32,000 bases of DNA from an uncultured Alphaproteobacteria bacterium (GTDB taxonomy: Bacteria > Pseudomonadota > Alphaproteobacteria > Rs-D84 > CACZYB01). The DNA lies in contig CAKQHZ010000001.1 in assembly GCA_934246625.1 (NCBI GenBank), positions 540,001 to 572,000 of the forward strand, read 5' to 3'. The notes below the pieces were generated by a model. That model was not told where the DNA came from. It saw only the letters and a list, made by a program, of their open reading frames with translations, and ran no database searches. Position 1 is the first letter of the stretch. Each line of letters starts with the position of its first letter. Shown in pieces: positions 23,305 through 32,000 of the stretch. Made by a program: the position numbers and the translations under genes.

Positions 23305-23910
23305 CTATTTTACCAAATCAAAAATTTCACCACGGATTTCTTCAAGTCCAGTTCCATTTTCTGAACTTGTTGCAATTATTATTGGGTGCATTGCAGGGTG
23401 TTCGTTGTAAATTTTTTCAGTTTCAGATTTGATTTTTTCAAGGTCCTTGGCTGATATTTTATCGGTTTTAGTTATAATTATTTGATAATTAACGGCGGCT
23501 GTATCAAGCATTTTCATCATATCTGTATCAACCTTTTTTATGCCTTGTCGCGAATCGATAAGTAAAAATACACGACGAAGTTGAGCACGACCCTTTAGGT
23601 AAGTATTAACATTTTCGTTCCAATTTTTTACCATATCTTTTGGTGCCTTTGCAAAGCCGTATCCAGGTAAATCAACAACCATCATTTTATCAATCATATT
23701 GAAAAAATTAAGGGTTTGAGTGCGTCCTGGGGTTGATGAGGTTTTTGCCAAATTTGGAGTGTTGAAAATTGCATTTATCAAAGATGATTTTCCAACATTT
23801 GAGCGTCCGATGAAAGCTATCTCTCTTTGTGAAGAATATGGAATTTGCATCACAGAAGGAAAACTTCCAACAAAGGTAGGTTTATTTTTGAAAAAATCCT
23901 TTAGTTTCAT
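23305..23910 (-). CDS. engB: ribosome-biogenesis GTPase YihA/YsxC (EngB)
   Basis: G1 GRSNVGKSSLIN, G2/G3 TPGRTQ...VDLPGYGFA and G4 TKTDK. It lies downstream of yidC, as in many proteobacteria. Confidence 0.9.
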   Translation of the reverse strand: MKLKDFFKNKPTFVGSFPSVMQIPYSSQREIAFIGRSNVGKSSLINAIFNTPNLAKTSSTPGRTQTLNFFNMIDKMMVVDLPGYGFAKAPKDMVKNWNENVNTYLKGRAQLRRVFLLIDSRQGIKKVDTDMMKMLDTAAVNYQIIITKTDKISAKDLEKIKSETEKIYNEHPAMHPIIIATSSENGTGLEEIRGEIFDLVK

Positions 23911-23917
23911 TTGATAC

Positions 23918-25585
23918 CTATTTTATATATTTTTGTTGAACGATACTTAATATATTATTTACAGTCCAATAAAGAACCAAACCACTTGGAAGTCCAGCAA
24001 ACATTATTGTGAATATCACAGGTAGGAATTTCATTATTTTTGTTTGGGTTGCATCAGTGGATATTGCTGGTTGCATTATTTGTTGTATATACATTGTTAT
24101 ACCCATAAGTATTGGTAAAATTCCAATGTGTGGAAGCCAGCCCCATGGTTGGTATGGAAGAAGTCCGAATAAGTTAAATATTGTTGTTGGGTCTGCCATT
24201 GATAAATCGTTTATCCAACCAAAGAATGGTGCTTGACGCATTTCAATAGAGATGACTAATGATTTATAAAGTGCAAAGAATACAGGTATTTGTAAAAGAA
24301 GTGGAAGACACCCAGAGAGTGGATTTACACCACTTTTTTTATAAAGCATTGCAAGTTCAATGTTCATACGTTGTTTGTCGTTTGCATATATAGTTTGAAT
24401 GCGTTTCATTTCTGGTTGCATCTTTTTCATCTTTTCCATACTTTTGAATGATTTTTGTGCAATAGGGAAAAGAAGAGCACGGATTAAAACAGTGAAAAGT
24501 ATAATTGCGATTCCGAAGTTTCCAGTTAGTGTATAGAACCATTTTAGTATTTGTGTGAATGGTTTTGAAAGAATGTAAAAGTATCCGTAATCAATTACCA
24601 AATCGAATTTTGGAATTGAAAATTCTTCGGCATATTTTGATATAATAGAAGATACTTTGGCTCCAATATAAATTTTTGATGAGGTTTCTTCGGATTTGCC
24701 CTTTGTAATAGTTATTGCATCACGGACATAATCTGCTTGGAATTGTTTATAGTTTGATTTTGAAGCTATTGTTGGAAGTTCAGATGAGCCGAGTTCCAAA
24801 AGTCTTGCTGTGAAGTTTTCTTTGTTTTGATTTGGAACTAAGATTGTCATAAAATAGTCATCGCCAAATCCAAGCCAACCATTTTTTGAATTAAATTCTA
24901 TATTTTTTTCCTTGGCAATTTTTTGGTAGGTGTATTCTTCCAAATTACCATTTAAGAATCCAACGAATCCAGTGTGTGAAGATGAATTTGCAGAAAGCAT
25001 ATTGTGTGATTTTACGACACGGGCATAAGGGAAAAGTTGCAAATCCTTTGTTGAATTATTTATGATTTTATCATTGATTGTTAACATATAGTTATTATCA
25101 AATGACAAGTCGCGAATAAATTTTACACCATTTTTATTTGTCCATGAAAGAGATATGGAATTATCACTTTTTGATATGATGTTCCATTTTGTTGTTTCGT
25201 TTGGAATTGTATTGTCATCTGGTGTTTCGGAAAGGAATCCAAATTCGACATAGGAAGATTGTTCCTTGTCCTTTCCATCATCTTTGATATATTTTAAAAG
25301 TTCAACATTTTTGGAATCCTTATCCAAAGTTTGTTTATATTTTGTAAGGATTACATCATCAATGCGAAGACCGATTGTGTTGAAATTTCCCTTAAGACTT
25401 TCTGTTTTAAAAGGGATAAGATTTCTTTCAATAATTTTTTGTTTTGCTTGAGGTATGTTAATAGAGTTTGTTTCAGTTTTATTTTTGCCAAACAACATTT
25501 GGAGTATTAAAAATACAGAAAATACATATAAAAATGTTTTAAAAAAACTTGGTTTTTGTTTGTTTGGGGTGATATTTTTTTCCAT
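23918..25585 (-). CDS. yidC: membrane protein insertase YidC
   Basis: 555 aa. N-terminal TM, a large periplasmic domain, and a C-terminal 60-kDa-IMP core with GCLPLLLQIPVFFALY and PSGLVLYWTVNNILSIVQQ. Confidence 0.93.
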   Translation of the reverse strand: MEKNITPNKQKPSFFKTFLYVFSVFLILQMLFGKNKTETNSINIPQAKQKIIERNLIPFKTESLKGNFNTIGLRIDDVILTKYKQTLDKDSKNVELLKYIKDDGKDKEQSSYVEFGFLSETPDDNTIPNETTKWNIISKSDNSISLSWTNKNGVKFIRDLSFDNNYMLTINDKIINNSTKDLQLFPYARVVKSHNMLSANSSSHTGFVGFLNGNLEEYTYQKIAKEKNIEFNSKNGWLGFGDDYFMTILVPNQNKENFTARLLELGSSELPTIASKSNYKQFQADYVRDAITITKGKSEETSSKIYIGAKVSSIISKYAEEFSIPKFDLVIDYGYFYILSKPFTQILKWFYTLTGNFGIAIILFTVLIRALLFPIAQKSFKSMEKMKKMQPEMKRIQTIYANDKQRMNIELAMLYKKSGVNPLSGCLPLLLQIPVFFALYKSLVISIEMRQAPFFGWINDLSMADPTTIFNLFGLLPYQPWGWLPHIGILPILMGITMYIQQIMQPAISTDATQTKIMKFLPVIFTIMFAGLPSGLVLYWTVNNILSIVQQKYIK

Positions 25586-25588
25586 TTA

Positions 25589-25834
25589 TTACTCCTTTGA
25601 TTTTTGTGGTGGAAGATCAAGTCCGCCTTTTGATAATGGATTACATCTTAATATTCGTTTTATTGTTAAATAACTGCCTTTTACTATACCAAAATTTTTT
25701 AAAACTTCAATAGAATAATCGGAACAACGAGGAATGAATCGACAACGGTATCTTCCTCCGATTATAGGGGATATAAATAATTGATAACCCTTTATCAATA
25801 TTATGGCGAAATTTGTAAGTATTTTATTTAACAT
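25589..25834 (-). CDS. yidD: membrane protein insertion efficiency factor YidD
   Basis: YQLFISP...CRFIPRCSDYSIEVL...G...GSYLTIKRILRCNP is the YidD signature. It lies 3 nt upstream of yidC. Confidence 0.9.
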   Translation of the reverse strand: MLNKILTNFAIILIKGYQLFISPIIGGRYRCRFIPRCSDYSIEVLKNFGIVKGSYLTIKRILRCNPLSKGGLDLPPQKSKE

Positions 25835-25882
25835 AATATATAAAGGTAATAATTAAATTGTATTTTTACAAGACTTTTAATG

Positions 25883-26695
25883 TTAAATATTTACTTGTGA
25901 TATATCAATTTTATCACCAAAGATTGAGAATGCCTGTTGAATATAACTGTCAGTCATATCTGTGATACCAAAAAATCGTGAAGATGTTTTTGTTAAATCC
26001 TTTTCAATTTCAGGGTGTCTTTGTAAATATGATTGTATCTTTTGTGGAATGATTTCGTCTTGGGATATAATATCTATATTTCGTTTTAAAAGAAGTTCTG
26101 CTTCCTTCTTTATTAAATCCTTATAATGTGGATAGTGAGTGCAACCTAAAATAATGCCTTCTATATCTGTATTTTCAAATGATTTTACATATTCCTTTAT
26201 TATTGGAAGGGCAAATTTATCACCATTGTTTTCAATAAGTGGAACCAAAAGAGGAGCAGGTGTTGAATATAGATGAATATTTTTGTTTAGCTTTCTTAAT
26301 TCTTGCCCAAAAACATCAGATGCAACTGTGCCATTTGTTGCAAGAAGACCTATAGAGTTGTATTTTTTTTCAATGATTGTTTCAATGGTTGGTATTACAA
26401 CGCCAAGAATACGTCTGTCTGGATAGTTGGCAGGTAGGTATTCTTGTTGAAGTCTTCTTAATCCAGCAATGCTTGCAGTATTACATGCAATTATTATAAG
26501 TTTGCAGTTTTGCACTTTGAATAAATAATCAATGCAATTTTTTGTGAATTTATAAATAGTTTCTTTTGAGCGAGAACCATAAGGAACATGTGCTGTGTCG
26601 CCAATATATGCAAAATCATATTCTGGCATTTTATTTATTATTGATTTTGTAATGATAAGTCCGCCAAGTCCGCTGTCAAATAAACCGATTTTCAT
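25883..26695 (-). CDS. murI: glutamate racemase
   Basis: IGLFDSGLGGL at the N-terminus, with catalytic Cys motifs IIIACNTAS and ILGCTHYP. Confidence 0.92.
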   Translation of the reverse strand: MKIGLFDSGLGGLIITKSIINKMPEYDFAYIGDTAHVPYGSRSKETIYKFTKNCIDYLFKVQNCKLIIIACNTASIAGLRRLQQEYLPANYPDRRILGVVIPTIETIIEKKYNSIGLLATNGTVASDVFGQELRKLNKNIHLYSTPAPLLVPLIENNGDKFALPIIKEYVKSFENTDIEGIILGCTHYPHYKDLIKKEAELLLKRNIDIISQDEIIPQKIQSYLQRHPEIEKDLTKTSSRFFGITDMTDSYIQQAFSIFGDKIDISQVNI

Positions 26696-26718
26696 TTTAT
26701 TTATTGCCTTGATTTTTT

Positions 26719-26742
26719 AAGGGAAGTTTTTACACCTCCCCT
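26719..26742 (-). terminator. strand-specific hairpin just downstream of pnp (possible terminator or processing barrier, no U-tract)
   Basis: The minus-strand RNA reads AGGGGAGG-UGUAAAAA-CUUCCCUU. It forms 8 bp, including 2 G-U pairs that would be A-C mismatches on the plus strand. No U-tract follows. Confidence 0.3.
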
Positions 26743-26747
26743 ATATT

Positions 26748-28868
26748 TTATTTTTTTGATTCTTCTTTTTTCTTTGCTTGTTTTATAGAAAGTCTGTTCT
26801 TTCCATCTTTGATTTCGGTAAGAAGAACTTTTACCTTATCACCAACTTTAAGAACATCTCCTACTTTACCAACTTTTTCTTCTTGGATTTCACTTATGTG
26901 AACCATACCATCGTTGTTGCCCAAGAAAGAAACTACTGCACCAAAGTCCATAATTCTTGAAACTGTGCCTTCGTAAATTTTACCAACTTCTGGTTCAACA
27001 CAGATTTCATTGATTATGTCAATTGCCTTTTGAATTTCTTCTTGTGATGTTCCAGCAATTTTTACAGAACCAGTATCTTCGATTTCAATTTTTGTATTTG
27101 ATTGTTCACAGATACTTCTTATAACACTTCCACCACTTCCGATGATTTCACGAATCTTTTTAGGATTTACTTGGATTTCAACGATAGTTGGAGCATATTT
27201 TGAAAGGCTTTCACGAGGAGCAGAGATTGCTTCTGCCATTTTGCCTAAAATATGTTTTCTTCCTTCGTGTGCTTGTGCAAGAGCTTGTTTCATAATTTCA
27301 AATGTAATAGATGTTATTTTAATATCCATTTGAAGGGCAGTAATACCGTTTGCAGTTCCTGCAACTTTGAAATCCATATCACCAAGATGATCTTCATCAC
27401 CCATAATATCAGTAAGAATTGCGAATTTATCACCTTCCTTGATTAAGCCCATTGCGATACCTGCTACAGGAGCCTTTACAGGAATACCAGCGTCCATCAT
27501 TGCCAAACTTGCACCGCAAGTTGTTGCCATAGATGATGAACCATTTGATTCTGTAATATCTGATACTACACGAATTGTGTATGGGAATTCTGCTTCTGAT
27601 GGAAGCATTGCATGATTTGCACGCCATGCAAGTTTACCATGTCCGATTTCACGACGTCCTGGTGAACCAAGTTTTCCACATTCACCAACAGAAAATGGAG
27701 GGAAGTTATAGTGAAGCATAAATCTTTCACCATGAACTCCGTTTAAATCATCTTCGAGTTGTTCGTCATCTTTGATTCCGATTGTAGCAGAAACTAATGC
27801 TTGGGTTTCACCACGTGTGAATAATGCTGAACCGTGATTTCTTCCAAGTATGCCAACTTCACATTCGATTGGGCGAACTGTTTTGTTATCACGACCATCA
27901 ATTCTTGGTTCGCCTTTTAATACAGCAGTTCTCATAATTTCAGCTTCTAAATCAGAGAAAACTGTTGGAGCAATTCTTAAAGATACTTCATCATCTTCTG
28001 GAAGTGAAGCAATAGCCTTTTCTTTGATTTCAGCAATTTTATCAGCACGTTCGTGTTTTGCCTTTATTGTATATGCCTTTTTAAGTTCTTTGCCGATTAA
28101 ATCCTTGAAAGATTGCATTACTGTTTCATATTCGGCTGGGCGAGCAGGGATTTCCCATTTTTCGTTGCCAACTTCCTTTGCCATAGTGTTGATAAGTTTG
28201 ATAATTGGTTGGAATGAATTGAAACCAGCTTCAACTGCACCAAGCATAACTTCTTCGGTTAATTCGTTTGCTTCTGATTCAACCATAAGAACACCTTCGT
28301 TTGTTCCAGCAACAACCAAGTCAAGTTTTGTGCCTGCTTGTTCCTTTAATGTTGGGTTGATTACATATTTGCCATCAACATAAGCAACACGAGCAGCACC
28401 GATTGGGCCCATAAATGGAATACCAGAAATTGCAAGAGCAGCAGATGATGCAATCATTGCAACTATATCTGGATTGTTTTCTTTGTCGTAATTGAATACG
28501 GTTGCAATTACTTGAACTTCATTTTTAAATGTTTCTGGGAAAAGTGGGCGGATAGGTCTGTCTATCAATCTTGAAATCAATGTTTCATGAACAGATGGGC
28601 GACCTTCACGGCGATTGAATGAGCCAGGTATTTTTCCAGCAGATGCATATTTTTCTTGATAATTTACTGTTAATGGGAAAAAGTCTTGATCTTCCTTTGC
28701 TTCCTTTGCAGCAACAACAGTAGCAAGAACCATTGTTTCACCGTATGTTGCCATTACGGCACCAGTTGCTTGGCGAGCAATTTTACCAGTTTGAAGAGTA
28801 AGTTTTTTACCTTCCCACATTATTTCTTTTTCAACTATGTTGAACATTGTTTTTTTCTTTCCAAACAT
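26748..28868 (-). CDS. pnp: polyribonucleotide nucleotidyltransferase (PNPase)
   Basis: 706 aa with two RNase PH domains, KH and S1 domains (...[20 protein letters not shown]...). The conserved N-terminus MFNIVEKEI...[14 protein letters not shown] suggests the true start could be the second ATG at 28847. AAGGA precedes the first ATG. Confidence 0.96.
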   Translation of the reverse strand: MFGKKKTMFNIVEKEIMWEGKKLTLQTGKIARQATGAVMATYGETMVLATVVAAKEAKEDQDFFPLTVNYQEKYASAGKIPGSFNRREGRPSVHETLISRLIDRPIRPLFPETFKNEVQVIATVFNYDKENNPDIVAMIASSAALAISGIPFMGPIGAARVAYVDGKYVINPTLKEQAGTKLDLVVAGTNEGVLMVESEANELTEEVMLGAVEAGFNSFQPIIKLINTMAKEVGNEKWEIPARPAEYETVMQSFKDLIGKELKKAYTIKAKHERADKIAEIKEKAIASLPEDDEVSLRIAPTVFSDLEAEIMRTAVLKGEPRIDGRDNKTVRPIECEVGILGRNHGSALFTRGETQALVSATIGIKDDEQLEDDLNGVHGERFMLHYNFPPFSVGECGKLGSPGRREIGHGKLAWRANHAMLPSEAEFPYTIRVVSDITESNGSSSMATTCGASLAMMDAGIPVKAPVAGIAMGLIKEGDKFAILTDIMGDEDHLGDMDFKVAGTANGITALQMDIKITSITFEIMKQALAQAHEGRKHILGKMAEAISAPRESLSKYAPTIVEIQVNPKKIREIIGSGGSVIRSICEQSNTKIEIEDTGSVKIAGTSQEEIQKAIDIINEICVEPEVGKIYEGTVSRIMDFGAVVSFLGNNDGMVHISEIQEEKVGKVGDVLKVGDKVKVLLTEIKDGKNRLSIKQAKKKEESKK

Positions 28869-28922
28869 AATTTTATCCTTTCATTTGTTTGTTTTTGCAA
28901 AGGACGGAAAGCGACTTTTGAT

Positions 28923-28971
28923 AGTCAGAAAATACAATCCAAGTCATTTTATTGGATTCTATATTCTGACT
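28923..28971 (-). promoter_or_regulatory. long imperfect hairpin in the rpsO-pnp intergenic region (pnp leader)
   Basis: AGTCAGAA (28923-28930) pairs with TTCTGACT (28964-28971). The inner stem AATCCAA (28936-28942) pairs with TTGGATT (28952-28958). The two stems are separated by internal loops. Confidence 0.4.
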
Positions 28972-28994
28972 TTTCCACCTTTGCTTTTTTTTAA

Positions 28995-29026
28995 GTAAAA
29001 GGGAAGATAAATTTCTCCCCTTTTAC
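28995..29026 (-). terminator. hairpin immediately after rpsO (attenuating terminator candidate)
   Basis: The minus-strand RNA reads GUAAAAGGGGAGA-AAUUUA-UCUUCCCUUUUAC, a 13-bp stem with one G-U pair. The 3' arm ends U-rich (UUUUACUU) and is then followed by A8, so this is not a textbook U-tract. Confidence 0.45.
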
Positions 29027-29032
29027 GGTTAA

Positions 29033-29302
29033 TTATTTTCTTATGTTTAACTTTTTAATTGTTTCTTCATAAGATTTTGGGTTAGTTCTTTTTAAATAGC
29101 TTAATAATTTTTTTCTGTTATTAACCATTTTTGTTAAACCCATTTTTGAACCATTATCTTTTTTATTTGTTTTAAAATGTTCTGTTAAGTTATTGATTCT
29201 TTCAGTTAAAATTGCAATTTGAACTTCACTTGAACCAGTATCCTTTTCATTGATTTTAAAATCTTTGATAATAGCTTGTTTCTTTTCTTTTGTAATAGAC
29301 AT
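29033..29302 (-). CDS. rpsO: 30S ribosomal protein S15
   Basis: 89 aa. [28 protein letters not shown]...V..R..LL.YL matches the S15 pattern. Conserved truB-rpsO-pnp order. Confidence 0.95.
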   Translation of the reverse strand: MSITKEKKQAIIKDFKINEKDTGSSEVQIAILTERINNLTEHFKTNKKDNGSKMGLTKMVNNRKKLLSYLKRTNPKSYEETIKKLNIRK

Positions 29303-29316
29303 TTTTGTTTCCCTTT

Positions 29317-30237
29317 TTATAAATTAAAAACACGGATGATTTTTAATTTGTTGTTAGTTGTTTTAACTATCGCTTGAAGGGTTGAGTTGTAGTGGACTTG
29401 ATAAAAGGTATTATCCCTTATATTTTTGAAAAGTGAAGTTGGAAGAATTATTCCATTTCTTAACTTTTCATTTTGTTCCTTTGATATATCTAAAACCAAG
29501 ATGTCGTTTAGTCCATAAGATACAGGATACAAAAAATCGCCAATACAATTTCGCACATCCAACGATTTGGTAGCATTTTGCATTATTTTTTGTAATTTGT
29601 CAAGAGTTATTGAATCTTTGATTGTGAAAATGCCATTTTGTGTTCTGTGAAGGTATGATATGTATCCAACTGTGTTAAGGGCATTTGCAATGTCGCGACC
29701 AATAGAACGAACATAAAAACCTTTGTTGGCACAAACTTCAAATTGAAATTCCTTATCTGATATTTGTTTTTTTAAGATTAGTTTGTGGATAAAGTTTTCA
29801 CGTGGGGTTATTTCAAAATCCTTTCCTTCTCTTGCAAGAAGATAGGCACGTTGTCCGTTTATTCTTATTGCCGAATATTTTGGTGGAGTTTGTAAAATAT
29901 GTCCCAAAAATGTTGGAAGAATTGTTTCAATTTGCTTTTTTGTTGGAATTGTGGTTGATGTTTGTATAACTTCACCGCCAGCATCATCAGTTGTTGTTGA
30001 TGTTCCAAAGATTATGTTAAATTCATAAGTCTTTTTGCCGTCCATTTGAAATTGGATTGTCTTTGTTGCTTCACCAAATGCGATTGGAAGAACTCCTGTT
30101 GCAAGTGGGTCAAGGGTGCCAGTATGTCCAATCTTTATTTTTCCAAGTGTTGGATAGAATATTTTTTTTACTTTGTAAAGGACATCGTTTGATGTCATAC
30201 CACTGTCTTTGTTTATATTTAAAAAGCCATTTAACAT
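29317..30237 (-). CDS. truB: tRNA pseudouridine-55 synthase
   Basis: [16 protein letters not shown] and the catalytic-Asp motif [23 protein letters not shown]. Confidence 0.93.
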   Translation of the reverse strand: MLNGFLNINKDSGMTSNDVLYKVKKIFYPTLGKIKIGHTGTLDPLATGVLPIAFGEATKTIQFQMDGKKTYEFNIIFGTSTTTDDAGGEVIQTSTTIPTKKQIETILPTFLGHILQTPPKYSAIRINGQRAYLLAREGKDFEITPRENFIHKLILKKQISDKEFQFEVCANKGFYVRSIGRDIANALNTVGYISYLHRTQNGIFTIKDSITLDKLQKIMQNATKSLDVRNCIGDFLYPVSYGLNDILVLDISKEQNEKLRNGIILPTSLFKNIRDNTFYQVHYNSTLQAIVKTTNNKLKIIRVFNL

Positions 30238-30298
30238 TTTGTATTCTTTGTTTTTCCTTTATTATCGGTCTTTTTTTTATATTTACAATAAAAATATA

Positions 30299-30326
30299 TT
30301 GACAAATAAATAAAATTTGTTAAATT
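30299..30326 (+). promoter_or_regulatory. putative promoter with extended -10 for the 30358 ORF
   Basis: TTGACA (30299-30304), 16 nt spacer, TAAATT (30321-30326), preceded by TGT (extended -10-like). Confidence 0.4.
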
Positions 30327-30357
30327 AAATCAATATTTTATAAAAAAGAGGTGTGAT

Positions 30358-30636
30358 ATGAATTTGTTTAGAAATGAAAATAATTTTAAGTTTTTAGGTT
30401 CTATGGAAGAAAAAAAGGCTTTTGATGAAAGAGCTAAAAAATTTAGTGAACTTTATGAAGTTTCAGAAAATGAAGATGTTCTTCGTGCAATTTCCGCAAT
30501 TTATTTAATTAAAGCAAATAAATTAGTTAGGAGTAATTTAGTTAATAAAATCCTACTTGAGTTAGAAGTTAAAAAACTTAAAAAATTTTATAGAAAAGAA
30601 GAAGAATTTTTGCTTTTTACACCAAAAAGTCGTTAA
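30358..30636 (+). CDS. hypothetical protein (92 aa)
   Basis: SD AGAGG lies 7 nt upstream of the ATG. Helical, Lys/Glu-rich. No motif recognised. Confidence 0.5.
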   Translation: MNLFRNENNFKFLGSMEEKKAFDERAKKFSELYEVSENEDVLRAISAIYLIKANKLVRSNLVNKILLELEVKKLKKFYRKEEEFLLFTPKSR

Positions 30637-32000
30637 TTTAAAAGATTTTTTATTTCATATAATATTTCAAGTGCAGATTTAGGAGTCAATTCGTCAGGAT
30701 TGACTTCTTTTAATTTCTTTTCCAAAAGTTCAAGATTTTGATTTTGTTTTGGGGCAGGTGCTTCTTCCATTACATTATATGAAAATAGGTCAAGGTCGTT
30801 TATTTTTTTTATTGCATTTTTTGTTTTTGTTAAGTTTTCGTCGGATTCAAAGCTGTTTAAAATTTGTGATGCTCTGTTTATTACAGTTGTTGGAATTCCA
30901 GCAATTTTTGCAACGTGGATACCGTATGACTTATCAGCAATGCCTTTGCCTACCTTGTGAAGGAAAATTATGTCTCCTTCGTATTCCTTTATTTGCATTG
31001 TATGTGTGCTTACATTTGAAAGTTTTGAAACACTTTCAGTTAATTCGTGATAGTGGGTTGCAAATAATCCACGGCAACGATTGATATTGTTTAAATATTC
31101 AAGAACAGCCCATGCAATGGAAAGTCCATCAAAAGTTGCGGTTCCTCGTCCTATTTCATCAAGAATCACAAATGAGTGTTCATCGGCTTGGTTTAATATG
31201 GTTGCGGTTTCACTCATTTCAACCATAAATGTTGATTGTCCGCGTGCAAGATTATCAGATGCTCCGACACGACTGAATAACTTATTTACCACACCAATAT
31301 GTGCAGATGTTGCAGGAACAAATGAGCCAATTTGTGCCATAATTATGATAATTGCATTTTGGCGGAGGAATGTTGATTTACCAGCCATATTTGGACCTGT
31401 TAAAATCCAAAGTTTGCTACTGTTGTTTGTGTTTTCAAGTATGCAATCGTTTGGAATAAATGTTGCATTTTGTTTTTTGATGTTGGCTTCAACTATTGGG
31501 TGGCGACCATCAATTATTTCAAATGCCAAAGTATTATCGACTATTGGTTTTACATAATCATTTTCAAGTGCAATAAGGGCAAGATTTGTAAATACATCAA
31601 GTTCAGAAATGCTTTGTGCAAAAAGTTCTATATCCTCGACTCTGTTTAAAATATCTTTGCATAAATCCTTGAATAATGATTGCTCAAGGGATACATATTT
31701 ATCATCTGCAACAAGAATTTTTTGTTCAATTTCAGTTAGCTCTGGAGTTGTAAATCTTACTGCATTAAGAAGGGTCTGTCTGTGTTTAAAACCACTTTGT
31801 GGGTCCATAAGAGATGTTGCCTGTTTGATTGGCACTTCAATAAAATAGCCAGCAAGATTGTTATATTTTATTTTTAGTGATGATATACCTGTATCAAGGA
31901 TATATTTTGATTGTAAATCAAGGATTATTTGTTTTGCATTTGTTTGAATATTTCTGTATTCGTCAAGTGTAGGATTGTAGCCTTCCTTTATATATCCAGA
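30633..32000 (-). CDS. mutS: DNA mismatch repair protein MutS, 3' part (5'-truncated by the window edge)
   Basis: Walker A TGPNMAGKSTFLRQ, then DEIGRGT and ATHYHEL. The ORF-track start at 31835 is an internal GTG. I translated the same frame from 31836 to 32000 and found no stop. It reads ...IKEGYNPTLDEYR...LKIKYNNLAGYFIEVPIKQA, typical MutS sequence upstream of the ATPase domain. Confidence 0.93.
   Translation of the reverse strand, partial: SGYIKEGYNPTLDEYRNIQTNAKQIILDLQSKYILDTGISSLKIKYNNLAGYFIEVPIKQATSLMDPQSGFKHRQTLLNAVRFTTPELTEIEQKILVADDKYVSLEQSLFKDLCKDILNRVEDIELFAQSISELDVFTNLALIALENDYVKPIVDNTLAFEIIDGRHPIVEANIKKQNATFIPNDCILENTNNSSKLWILTGPNMAGKSTFLRQNAIIIIMAQIGSFVPATSAHIGVVNKLFSRVGASDNLARGQSTFMVEMSETATILNQADEHSFVILDEIGRGTATFDGLSIAWAVLEYLNNINRCRGLFATHYHELTESVSKLSNVSTHTMQIKEYEGDIIFLHKVGKGIADKSYGIHVAKIAGIPTTVINRASQILNSFESDENLTKTKNAIKKINDLDLFSYNVMEEAPAPKQNQNLELLEKKLKEVNPDELTPKSALEILYEIKNLLN

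Noticed and set aside
27850-28383. A 177-aa plus-strand ORF and other short ORFs opposite pnp (26778..26960, 27142..27333, 27252..27446, 28686..28994).
   Set aside because: They are antisense shadows of the PNPase frame, Ser/Ala/Ile-rich with no motifs, and there is no intergenic space for them.
30633-31835. mutS as a complete 400-aa gene starting at 31835.
   Set aside because: The start is an internal GTG. The same frame stays open to nt 32000 and keeps encoding MutS-like sequence, so the gene is truncated by the window rather than short.
30749-31848. Plus-strand ORFs opposite mutS (30749..31084, 31081..31557, 31609..31848).
   Set aside because: They are antisense to a clearly conserved MutS ATPase domain, and their translations are low-complexity.
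1-32000. CRISPR arrays, IS elements or transposases, integrases, rRNA genes, and alternative genetic code (TGA as Trp).
   Set aside because: I saw no regularly spaced direct repeats and no DDE, serine or tyrosine recombinase-like ORFs. All conserved proteins translate full-length with the standard code, and Trp is encoded by TGG.

Overview
This is a densely coding, very AT-rich bacterial chromosomal window; ordinary stretches I hand-counted are about 30% G+C. EF-Tu, L21/L27, YidC, PNPase and a single LolC/E-type permease look alphaproteobacterium-like, which is inference from sequence recall, not a search. There are four blocks. (1) 1-6.6 kb holds rplU-rpmA, ruvX and tuf, plus lineage-specific secreted and membrane proteins: an internally duplicated 454-aa exported protein and a Cys-cluster membrane protein. 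(2) 6.6-16.0 kb is one minus-strand type I restriction-modification operon. It runs half-size hsdS, hsdM, two unknown membrane-associated ORFs, full hsdS, an unknown 115-aa ORF, hsdR, a DUF45-like Zn-peptidase and possibly a 53-aa ORF. It is driven by a consensus promoter and abuts the 3' end of tRNA-Gly(UCC). The unknown ORFs embedded in this operon are my best candidate for an undescribed defence-type system. (3) 16.6-22.8 kb holds a dual-HTH XRE regulator, two adjacent proteins sharing a paralogous domain, and a small secretin-like lipoprotein, directly followed by lolE-lolD. This is an orphan secretin module with no ATPase or pilin partners in view. (4) 23.3-32 kb is housekeeping: engB-yidC-yidD, murI, truB-rpsO-pnp and a 5'-truncated mutS running off the window. 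I saw no rRNA, CRISPR array, transposase or integrase. All family calls rest on motifs read by eye; no database search was possible.
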